Source: Lytechinus pictus | Taxonomy: Eukaryota | Direction: 5' to 3' | DNA: 64,000 nt | NCBI RefSeq assembly: GCF_037042905.1 | Contig: NC_087251.1 | Span: 9,240,001 to 9,304,000 of the forward strand | Notes under the pieces: model-generated | What the model was told of the DNA's origin: nothing | The model's input: only the letters and a program-made list of their open reading frames with translations | Database searches by the model: none | In this document: positions 35,748 to 47,159 of the stretch, piece by piece | How positions within the stretch are numbered: the stretch's first letter is position 1 | Layout: every line of letters begins with the position of its first letter | Program-made: the position numbers and the translations under genes

Positions 35748-37765
35748 CTAATAGCAATGAAAGTAGCAAGTTAAGAAGGATACCCAATACAGATTGAGAG
35801 CTTCTTTCCAAGAAACAACTGCGATTAATGCATAATGACACAGTCAGTTTATGAGAATGCAATGAGATGTGAGTGTTCCCTCAACGAAAGTTTGAGTAAA
35901 GTTACACCATCTCTCCGATTGCGGCGCCAACGAGGGTAACATAAACAAAACAACGTTAAGGATTTATTAGCAGTTGGGGTATTTGTATGGGAGATCCATT
36001 CCACTCTTGAGACTAGATCAGAGTAGGGTGAAAATAAGAGGAATCGGTTGGTCAAAATACCCCCATTTCTCCTCTTCGTTGCTGACACTGTCTATTCACA
36101 GGAAATTAAAAGGCGCTTTTAGCAGTTTCCCGCTTTTACATGATGATTACTAATAATGATTTAATTTTTTTCTCAATGGTAATGATACAGAGAGTCTTAC
36201 TCGACTGCGATATAATGCAACTAAGCTCCCATAATATCGCTCGTGAAAAATGCAACCTTTGTCAGTTCGTCAGGCAATTAAATCCTATATTCAGATAGTG
36301 TTTGAGCTGCACCACTGTACTAAAGCACAATCACAAAGACTGGCAAAGAGTAACTTTGTTTTTAAGATGCGATTGTTTAAAAGACGGTCCTGTTTACTTC
36401 GTAAGTTAAATATTGGTGTGATTTGAATAAAATTAATTCAGTCAGAATTCCAAATTCGTTAAAACTAAAAAAAAACATAATCCTATTCCCAATATATGAC
36501 TACCCGTTACTTTCGAAGCATTTTCTTTCCCTCAGATTGTACGGTGTCCATTTTCGATGCATCGTTATATACGTTCAACATGATTTTTGTTTAATAAAAG
36601 AAATAAAGATCGCTTTACATTTCTTATATCATTTAGCGCTTAGACACGTCGTTCTGATGTATTAAGCGCTATATATCAACGGAATATCATTATTATATTA
36701 TTACGGTTACCTTGATTACCAGTGAGTGTATTGATAAGGAAGGATGATTTGATACATCCGTTTTGCAAGATATTTGCAAAATCTGTGATCAACGCCAATC
36801 TTTTCAGGCGCCAAAATAGTCCTTTATTAAGGGGTGGGGTTTTCAAGATTCAAGAAATTTAAGGCTTTATGAAAACAATTTCTTGTAGACATTTACGATA
36901 AGTCATTATAATTAATTTCTGAGTTTTGTTTTTTGCTTTCCGTTAATTCATCCTTGCAATATTATTTTCGATACATATTTAATGTCATTTCATGACGACA
37001 TTCAAAATCGTGTTTGGGGCATCTCAATTTTCTTTTGCTCTTCAATGATAAGCCGGCGGTCTTCATGGTCTTTGTCCCAGCTGTTTTTCCCCTTCTATTT
37101 ATTTTATTTGTTTGTATTTTGAGTTATGACTGTCCATGTTCTGATTTTCATCCCATGTTTACTCCCCATCTCTTTCTCTCTCTCTCTCTCTCTTCCTATA
37201 TAAAGGGACTTCTGCTCCGTTTAGTTTATATAAATGTCCTTGCAAGATCTGCCAATTATTGATCGATGTTATCCCAAGATATTAAGTGACAAGAATTCAC
37301 ATGGCATTGTGGGACATATCACCTTAAGATGGATTAATAATTTAACGGTATTATGTAGAAAAATGATGTAAGGAAACGTCAGTTTCAGGTGATGAAGATG
37401 GGTTCTGATATCATATCGCAGTATCTCTGTATCTCTATCATATTGCTAATAGTATAACACGATCATAAAAGTATTCTGTTAATGTTTTATCCGTCCTAAC
37501 GTTTTCAGTGTCGCAAGTAATCACGGGCACCGAATCTACTTGAATGTGGTCAATGCGCATTTTGTAGATGAAGACACACATGATTCTGTGCCTAATCGAT
37601 GACGTAAAATGGGCAAATGGAATAGCTCTTCTTATTCAAGTCATCTGGGACTCGTATAGCAGGAGTATACCTAAATGGAATAAAGACCTGTGCATTCCAT
37701 GATTAAGAACAATTGACGAGTCATCTCTGATATCTTAGGAATGGCTGTTCTCACTGGACAAAAAT

Positions 37766-40700
37766 AAGGTAGTATTTATTGTCCAGATAAATAAATAAGT
37801 GGAAATTTGCATTTTTACATGGTATTGAACATACATAACATAGCATAGAAAATGAACATATTTACAGAAAATCAAACAATCACATATAGTCAATTATGAT
37901 ATACACGTGCAAATGCTACCCACTGGGTAGCATTTGAAAAAAATACTGTTATTGACATTAAAATTAAGATTGAAATGGAAATCTGAACTGAAAGTTAGAT
38001 ATCGGATATTGAATTGAAATTACTTTAGAATTGTAATAAATCAGTACTATAAATCTTCACAGCATTGTCCACTTGTAATTGTTATTGTTATCAGTATTTA
38101 CATATTATTTTTATTTTCAATATTGTTGTTTTAAAGAATTAACATCAACTACCCGACAAGGTAAATTTACATTATTAGGCATATCATTATTCTTATACAA
38201 TCCCTTCCTCATTCAGCATTCGGATTGAGCTTGGCACGAATGAGTTTAAGAACCTATTTGTTCGACAACGTGCTGACCGTAGTCTATTACCAGATCTCAT
38301 CCTTTCGTAGTTTACATTCAATGGGTGATCATTATTGTATAGTATCTCTTTTGCCTTTTCAAGTATTCTGTTTCGACATACATCAGTGAGGTTTAGGTCG
38401 TGTCCTGTTATTTTTTCTGCTTGTCTGACCATTCTACTTAGTATATTCAGATCTTTTTTGCGACAGCTTGTGAACCAAACCACACAATCAAACATGATGA
38501 TGCTTTCAATAAGTGATCTATAGAATAAAACCATTATGGTGCGGTCAACATGGAATGACTTCAATTTTCTTATGAAATACATCCGTTGTATTGCCTTCTT
38601 GTAAATTGAATTGCATTGATCTCCCCATTTTAATCCATCGTCAATAATGGTACCTAAGTATTTGAACTTATGAACTATTTCAATTTCCTCTTCATTGATT
38701 CTAACACGACAATCACTTGGTTCTACTTGTTTATTATTTCTAAAGTCAAATATCATTTCTTTGGTTTTTGTTGCATTGAGATCTAAGAAATTGTCATTAC
38801 ACCAGTCGGTAAACCATTTTACACAGTTTAGATACTCAAGTTCACATTCCTTAATTAGACCAACTATAACTGTGTCATCTGCGTATTTGAGAATAGAGAC
38901 ATTTTGAGAAAGGTAACGACAGTCATTGGTATATAGAACAAATAGGATTGCAGAGAGCACACAGCCCTGGGGTGAACCTGTATTTGTTACCATGGGATTG
39001 CTCAAAGCATCTTGGACGCGCACGCGCTGGATTCTATTCCGAAGAAAGTCAGTTAGCCATAAAATTAGGGACGGTTTCACATCCAGACATTTCAGCTTCT
39101 CGACAAGTCGATGGGGTTGAATAGTGTTAAATGCGGACGAAAAGTCAACAAACAAAGTGCGAGCGTACGATTTCTTTTCATCTGTGTGCTTGCAGAGAAG
39201 ATGTGTCAAATAAAGGATCGCATCTTGAACGGACTTCTTTGGCTGATAGGCGTACTGATGGGGGTCAACCAGGTGCTTTATGGGTTGGAGAATATACTTC
39301 AGTATAATTCGTTCTAGGCACTTCATCGCTATTGAAGTCAATGCTACTGGACGATAGTCGTTATGTTCAGAGGGGCGGGGCTTTTTGGCTACAGGGATAA
39401 CAATAGAAGACTTCCAGCAAAGGGGTATCACTTGTTTATCTAACGACATTTGGAACAAAACGCAAAACGGCAATGCCAGTTCTCTCGAGCAATTACGTAG
39501 TACCTTTCCGGTAATTAGATCGGGCCCGGATGCCTTCCTTGGATTGATTCTATTGAATTGGGCTAATACATCTCTTTCTTTAATCTTAATAGTATCATCT
39601 CGAGAGTCAGTTAATTCAGCTATCTGTCCGTCTATTATATCACTGAAGTCATGGGTATCAAACCGTCCGTAGAACCTATTAAGTTCATTTGCAATCTTAA
39701 AAGGGTCATCAACATTCGCGAGTGATTGATCTCTTTTGGGAACATAGTCGGTCATTGATTGCAAACACTGCCACGCTGCTCGCGGATTATTATTTTGAAA
39801 GTGATTTTCGAGCTTTCTTCGGTAGTCTCGTTTCGCTCTGTTTATTTCCTGACGCAGTCTTGTGTGAAACGACTTTACGGTTAGTCGATCACCGGCATCG
39901 AATGCTTCCTTTCTTGCTTTGATGATTCCTTTAATATCTTTAGTAATCCAGGGTTTAATATTTGGGTACACCTTAATCGTTTTACTTTGTATATGTAAAT
40001 CCTGACAAAAGACGATGTAATCATTAACTGCACTTGTAATTTCGTTTATGTCGTCCGAAGCTTCAAAGAACACATTCCAATCAGTTATTTGAAAGCATGT
40101 TTTGAGGTTGTCAATTGTTTCATTATTCCACACTTGTACCACTCGTTTCTGTACTTTTTGCGTTTTAAGTTTCTGCCGATATTTTGGTAGCAAGTGTATT
40201 ACGCTATGATCCGAAAGTCCTATTCCAGGTCGAATTACGGTCTTATAGGAATCTTTAACAGAACAATAACATCTATCCAATATATTCCCTTCTCGTGTCG
40301 GCTTGTCAATTACTTGACAATAGTTCGGCAACATAGCTTCCAGTCTACAGTTATTAAAATCACCGAGTACAATTTTGGGGGAGTCCGGTGATTCAGCTTC
40401 CATCTCCCTAACTTTATTTTGAATAAGCTGTTCTGCTTCATTTTGATTAGCATCGGGAGCAATGTAGACCAGAAATAAATGAACTTGGGGAAATTCTCTG
40501 GGCAAGTAGAACGGGCGAAGTGACACACATAGCATTTCCAGATTTTCGTTGCATGTAGAATTTTTAATTGTAAAGTTCGTACACCATCTATCATTTACAT
40601 AGAGACATATCCCACCACCGCGTCTTTTCTTGGTTTGTTGAAATGAACGATCCAATCTCGCTACATTAAAACCATCTATTCGTATACAATCGTCATTAAT

Positions 40701-41232
40701 GTCAGGGTTTAGCCATGTCTCTGTAAAACATATTATACTCGAATTCCGGAAATCATTAATGTACCTTGTTAGAGCTTGAATCTCATCCAGTTTATTGTAC
40801 AGTGAACGAACATTGCTTAGTGTAATTGCAGGTAATGGGGGTCTGTTTCCCCTTTTCCGAACTCTGTTGCGGATCCCTCCGCGTTTCCCTCTCCGCTTTT
40901 GCTGAGGTATGCCATTATCATCCTCGCGGGTCGGTGTCCACTCTGGGAGATTCAATGGGCTAGACTTGGACGTTGTGTAGTCGGCTAGGTAATATAAGTA
41001 TTCTCGCGAATACTTGATAGTAGTAGTTTGTCCGGGTGATGCATATACATGACTATTTTGTGGTAGAACGATTACGAAAAGTAGCACAAAACATACCCAG
41101 ATGCACGAGATGGATTTGACGAACATGATGACATAAACATAACTTCAAAGACAAATCACAAAATCCGGAAAATAAGCGACAAAAACAGAGACAAAATACC
41201 ATGTAACAGGTCGCCGTAGTACAGCGCCCTCA
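37766..41232 (-). mobile_element. Probably full-length Rex1/Babar-like non-LTR retrotransposon (single ORF)
   Basis: Uninterrupted ORF, about 100-nt 5' leader, about 430-nt AT-rich 3' UTR ending ...ctggacaataaatactacctta. Ends are approximate and no clear target-site duplication was seen. Confidence 0.85.
38193..41126 (-). CDS. Intact LINE ORF: APE-type endonuclease plus reverse transcriptase, 977 aa
   Basis: EN motifs NVRSL, CFTETWL, RRGGGICLYV, LGDFN, LDRCY, SDH; RT motifs KASGPD, YRPVALTS, DFSSAFNTI, GSPQGCVLS, YADD, YLG. C-terminal HPL...RSGNRLRS...RTNRFLNSFVPSSIRMLN resembles Rex1/Babar elements. Confidence 0.95.
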   Translation of the reverse strand: MFVKSISCIWVCFVLLFVIVLPQNSHVYASPGQTTTIKYSREYLYYLADYTTSKSSPLNLPEWTPTREDDNGIPQQKRRGKRGGIRNRVRKRGNRPPLPAITLSNVRSLYNKLDEIQALTRYINDFRNSSIICFTETWLNPDINDDCIRIDGFNVARLDRSFQQTKKRRGGGICLYVNDRWCTNFTIKNSTCNENLEMLCVSLRPFYLPREFPQVHLFLVYIAPDANQNEAEQLIQNKVREMEAESPDSPKIVLGDFNNCRLEAMLPNYCQVIDKPTREGNILDRCYCSVKDSYKTVIRPGIGLSDHSVIHLLPKYRQKLKTQKVQKRVVQVWNNETIDNLKTCFQITDWNVFFEASDDINEITSAVNDYIVFCQDLHIQSKTIKVYPNIKPWITKDIKGIIKARKEAFDAGDRLTVKSFHTRLRQEINRAKRDYRRKLENHFQNNNPRAAWQCLQSMTDYVPKRDQSLANVDDPFKIANELNRFYGRFDTHDFSDIIDGQIAELTDSRDDTIKIKERDVLAQFNRINPRKASGPDLITGKVLRNCSRELALPFCVLFQMSLDKQVIPLCWKSSIVIPVAKKPRPSEHNDYRPVALTSIAMKCLERIILKYILQPIKHLVDPHQYAYQPKKSVQDAILYLTHLLCKHTDEKKSYARTLFVDFSSAFNTIQPHRLVEKLKCLDVKPSLILWLTDFLRNRIQRVRVQDALSNPMVTNTGSPQGCVLSAILFVLYTNDCRYLSQNVSILKYADDTVIVGLIKECELEYLNCVKWFTDWCNDNFLDLNATKTKEMIFDFRNNKQVEPSDCRVRINEEEIEIVHKFKYLGTIIDDGLKWGDQCNSIYKKAIQRMYFIRKLKSFHVDRTIMVLFYRSLIESIIMFDCVVWFTSCRKKDLNILSRMVRQAEKITGHDLNLTDVCRNRILEKAKEILYNNDHPLNVNYERMRSGNRLRSARCRTNRFLNSFVPSSIRMLNEEGIV

Positions 41233-44200
41233 TGCATTCTCCATGGTTTTTTTATGAGCCATATAATCATGATTTGGAACAGTGTTCTACTATCTAAAAC
41301 ATTTTGTAAGGGTTTTTCTGCAATATCAATAACCTATCTGAATTAGTTTTAAGCGTTTCTGATTTAAGAAGAATTAGGTATTGATAAAAATATAAATGAA
41401 AGGGTCAATTTATTTCATTACTTTTTGACAATCACCACGTCATTAAGAAAAATCCAAAGTACATCCCGAAAAAAATACAAGAAACAATAAAAACGATATT
41501 AAAGTTATCTTTTTTAATCTAAAAAAAGTGATAGCTAGAATAGAATGCAAATGACAAGATGGCATTAGTGGAACACAATCATTCTGCCAATTTGTTCGCA
41601 CCTATATAGTGTTGAGTAAAGAAATTGAATAAAAAAATTACTTGAGTAAAAGCAGCGAAATATAATCTGAAGTGCATGGCGCAAATACACTAAGACAACA
41701 TGATCGCAAAAAGAGCACTGAAATGGTTAAGTGCAAACCGACTTGACAGGGATGAATAATGGATAGTTTTTATGAAAGGGGCGCTATTGATTTGCTTGAA
41801 GATGAAGATAAGTATGATTCGGTGGGGTTAAGTTTCATCGCAAATCTTTATGCAACGGACCCCTGGATAAGGAGTTTGAAGCCTCAGGCTCATAATGCTG
41901 CGTCAGACGAAGACACTTTTAGAAGAGAATGACTGTAGAATACACTAGAATGATAGCGCTTTAGCAATAATTAAAAATGTTGTTGTTTTTCTAAATATAA
42001 AATCTATATGACCATAACAGAACGAGAACGTGGGTATATAGTTGAAGTATTGATGAATTAGCGGGAATAGCATGATCATGGCAAAGAGTAACCATATGGG
42101 TGTTTTATGTGTTTTATTGTGTTTACCTGCATTGATCAATTCAGTTACTATGTATTTTGCTTCTTTTATATCGTTTTGTAATTCACTCAAAATTCGAAGC
42201 AAGTTTAAATACCAGGATTATGTGCAATTCACGCTTATACTATGTAAACTCAATAAGATAAAATCCTCATTTCTAAATAGCTAAATATTTAGCGCGAAAG
42301 GTTTGAGTGAATTAATTTGGAGCGATTTTTTTAAACATTAATTGACTACCTTCTCATTGAAAATAAAAATGCATACCTCAAGTAATAAGTATGCTGCATT
42401 GTGTATGAAAAATTGTTACCTTTCAAAATATAGGAACATAATCGTAACTATTATACATGAAGATTACTTAAAATGAATGCCATGGAAAAATATCTTTTCA
42501 ATTGAAATCAATGCACAATGATGCATGCAAAGAAGACCGTACTGTGTTAAGTATTCATTAACCAAAGTAGTACAGTTTTTATCTGCAGTTTCTTTTTTTT
42601 ACTCGAAGGATCTTTGAAATTCGTGGTATTAATGAGCTAAATTGGTGAACAGACTGAGTTTGGAGACAGTATTCAATTTAAAAAAAGGTACAAGGTGAAA
42701 CTAATCATCATTAAAAAAGAATAATTAATGGGCTAAGATTTTATCATATATTTTGCAATTAAAGAATTCTCATACACATTAGCTGAAAACTTAATGAATT
42801 TCCCGTGAAAATACCTTTATGTAATATATTAGGGATAAGTCCGACCCCAAGTGCGCCAGCAGTTTATGGGTGATTGTGGGAAAGGCGCAGAACACAAACA
42901 ACAATGTTAACAATAATTGGAATATCTGATTTGGAATATCTGAAATACAGCTTATGTAACTCGGGTAAATTGTTTTGATTAACTCACACTATAAAATGTG
43001 CTTGCATTAGCCACCTATTATTAATGTACAACTGAGGTATGGATTTAATTCCTGACAATTCCACATCTACCCTTGATGTGAATTTTTGAACTTAGTCTGG
43101 TTGTTGTATCAAAATGTAAATACCAGAAAAGGGGCAGAGAAAACATAAGCAGTAGCTAGAGAGATACCGACTATTCCTAAATCACATTAGTTCATCTTAC
43201 CAAGGTAGCAACTATATCATGTTGATACTCCTCTATAATGATGCTTGAAGTAATCACTTAAATCCCATGAAATCTATCCCCATCAATTCCCTATACATTA
43301 TAGGTTGCATTAATTTCTACCCCAAAAGGAAATTGCAATTAGATCATGAAAAACACTTCGCTGTGAACACTGACTTCTGGATTTTTATTGGAAGATAATT
43401 TGTTTTTAAACATTATTTCATAAATTTAATTTTCGAAATAATATTTTATTTCAAATATATATAAACAAATAATGAATACATAAATAGATAAATTGATAAT
43501 TAATGAGAAAAATAGATAATTTTTGTGCCTCGCACAAAATGCCTCGCACAAAATCTTTGATTATTTTATCAAAAGCCCCTACATTTATTTTTCCCTAACT
43601 CTTAAAGGGAATTTCTATGTTCGTTTAGGTTTTGTTTTCCCCAAAGTAATGATGATTAATTAGAATCGTAAATAATGATCTCTGTCGTTGTTTTATCATC
43701 ATCGTTATTTGTGTTTTATTTATTGTGAAACTTTTACGAAATGAAAAGTATTTTAATTTAATAGAAAACTAAGAACCTGCAAGAACATTAATGAAAAGTA
43801 GAGAACATTGAAAAGTAAGAAGACACAACCTGAGGTGAGAATTAACCATTACACAAGGTGTAAGATAACAATGTGTATGTACTTCTAAAATTAATGAAGG
43901 AACGAACGATCCAACAAATTAATTAAGGTAATTTTGTAAATTACCCCCTCCCCGAAATTATTCGAAAGGTCTAATATAGCATAATAAACATTATTTATTT
44001 TATTTTTCATTTAAGTTTTATTTCCCAAATTCTGTAACGTTGAAAAACATTGATATGATATTAATTTTGAACAGAATTTACAAACATGATAAATATGAAA
44101 TATAAGTAACAAGCATTAAAAATTGATAAGCTATGCATGAAGTGCATGAAATGGAAAATTGGAAGAAACCCTTAGAAGCAAAGTGTTCGTAGATAATAGA

Positions 44201-46087
44201 TAATGTTTCATTTTAGGTACATATCACACAAATATATAATAAACATGATGGAGACAATATCATTAAGCCTTGCATAGATGAGCCTGCTGATAAGCTTATA
44301 ACAACAATGATACTTCAATGTATTGTTAACGAATCTGCCTTATTATTTGGATAAGGTCCAAGCATTTTCTTCTATATTACCTGTTTAATTAGTGTTTACA
44401 AATAAAGCCGAATTTACACATTCATGATTAGCATGATGACGTAAGTGTGCAGAGGTCAGGGGATAAATGACAAAGAACACAAGAAATGGTTTTGCTTAAT
44501 ATGATATGTTAAACAATATGCTTTATATCCGACATGTATTTATGATGGAATAGAACCAGATGAAAACTATAAGAGTTTGCGAGCTCACGTCCTGCTTTTT
44601 GTCAGGTAATCACTCTGAATATGATAACATTTCAGAGGCATGATTGGCTGTAATGTAATTCCATGTTGATATTGATGAATTTTTATGCATGACGAGTTGG
44701 AAAAGCGAAATCCATACAATAAGACATAACTACGTAAGTTGTCTTTTAATACGCAAAGATTCATACTTCCATCAAAATGCAATTTTATTGGAAAATTGAT
44801 GAAATGTAACTTTGGATAGTTGGGCTTGATTTAAAACAATGCATGTGCAGAATTGATTGAAATGATTTGTAGGTATTTTAATCAAGCATATTTCTTTGTA
44901 TTATCTATTTCTTTTATTCTGTTTTCGTTTCTGATATGTCACATATTTATTTGTATGTGATTGGGTTGCTATATCGACATAGAAATATTGAATTCCTACA
45001 AGCACGCAATATTTTTATTTGCCCTTATTTGTCACAAAAACGGAAAGCAACAAACATGAAACACTTAAGTTAGTTGTTGTATAGTTTTATCAGAAAACAA
45101 GTACAGGCTCGTGTAATGCATAAAATAAAATGTCAATTATTTATGTTTTAATATACTTTATTACATTATCATATCAATAATGCAACAGAGATTATTTTTA
45201 TAATCATAATTTTCATAAATAATGATATAGATTCTCTTAGTACTAATTAATTGTGAAATATGATCAATTTTTTTGCTTTTATTATAACAAAATAATTCCA
45301 CATGAAATAGCGGTATCATAATTTCTTCAGGAAATCAACCATCCCCTATAGTGTACCCCCCTACCCCAGAAAATAATGGGAAACGCGACAAAATTGAAGT
45401 ATCCTTTATTGTAGGGAATAACTCCAGAACAATTTCACTTTTACAAGTTATAATTTGACACTCTTTTTTTTCAGAATGGGAAGTACCAGTCAGTCGAATT
45501 AAAACTATACTGTAGGGAATACAGTGAAACAAATCTTGATGTAAGTTCTTATCTTTTTTCATTAAACATTGTATTTTGCCATATATTTTGGAGAATGTAT
45601 TTTTTATAACAATAGTAGGCATTTGTATCACAATGCTTAAACTTTGTGTCATGGCATGAACTGCGTACCTCCCGGGAGAAGGGGGAAAACATACTCCAGT
45701 GCCAAGCGTAATGGTCTGGCAAATTATATCGCCTTTTTTAGAATAAACTTATTAATATATTAGTACTATTTCCATTTCAATGAATAATCATCTGTAAATA
45801 TTTCGATATTGATAACCTAAATATTAGTGAAATTATCAATCAATCGATAAATCAATCAATCAATCAATCAATGACCCGATCAGACCATCAATTAAGATGG
45901 GGCGTTAGACAAAAATATAGATTGCGTTATGTATCGAGTATGAATGGAAAAAAATGTTTATATTTATCCAAAGGATGTCATGTACACAATTTCATCTTAA
46001 AAAGATTTTATGTCAACGCTAGCGCCAAACCAAACAATGCCACCGGCAAACGAAACAAGGGTTGATGCAAACTCATCAAGATGTACT

Positions 46088-47159
46088 CAGGGGCGGATCC
46101 AGCTTTCGCCAATAGGGGGGGCCGAAAAAATATTTTCATCAACATTTTTCTCGATTGGCCGCTATAATGTGATTTTTTTTGTTTTTCGGGGGGTAGTCCT
46201 AACTAAAGACTGAAGTTTTAAGTATATATTTGTTTTAATTGTTATAAACAAGATAAGGTATCTCATGTGGGCTTTATATAATGCGAGCGCGAAGCGCGAG
46301 CTCAAATTCTTTGATATTTTATGTCCTTAGACCTGAAAATTCTGAGGAGATTGTATAATCATGAAAAAAAAATAAGTATCCAACTAAACAATGCGAGCGC
46401 GAAGCTCGAGCCGAAATTATATTATAGTAACGTGAAAAGGGACTCAATTAGGACTGTTTTTTTAGTGATTAATGAAGAGGATACAAGTATCACCCATTAA
46501 ATAATGAGAGTGCGAAGCGCGAGCTCAATATTCTGATATTCCGACCTGAAAACTGGACAGTCTAAGCGCGTTTTTATTTAAATAAAGAACAAGCTGTGTG
46601 TCTCAAACAAAAATGCGAGTTCGAAGCACGAGCTTAATTTTTTGATATACTGACATGATAAAGAAGCATTTTGACAAATTTTGGTAAGAATTTCCAAAGA
46701 GGATAGGTAGCTCACAAATCAAACAATGCGAGCGCGCAGCGCGAGCTGAACATTTTGATATATATAAACAATTTGTGTAAATCAAACAAAATAATGAAAG
46801 CTTGATGTGCGAGCTAAAATATTGTTTGCAAATTGATTTCAGAACTGGATATATAAGTGCCATTTAATCCTCTTGAATGGGATTCATTACACAGGCAATG
46901 CGAGCGCGAAGCGCGAGCGAAAATTTGTATATAAAGTCTATTTTCCCATTCTTCCCCTCACCTTTTTTTTGGTTTCCTTTCGGGGTCGGGCCGGCCGTTA
47001 CGAGGCTGTAAATTACACATCATGGGTATGATACCTCTTTCTTACTTTTCTTTCTGTTTTTCATAGTTTCTATCAAGTTAAAGAGTACACTTTTTTTGCA
47101 GGTTGTCAAAAAATAGGGGGGGCCGGGGCCGGCTCGGCCCCCTCCTGGATCCGCGCCTG
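46088..47159. mobile_element. Non-autonomous DNA element with CAGG termini, 5-bp TSD (GTACT) and internal gcgagcgcgaagcgcgagc repeats
   Basis: gtact|caggggcggatccag...ctggatccgcgcctg|gtact; six or more internal copies of the near-palindromic motif. Confidence 0.85.

Noticed and set aside
37740..41260. Target-site duplication around the intact LINE
   Set aside because: No convincing direct repeat could be found by eye in the two flanks, so the ends are given as approximate.
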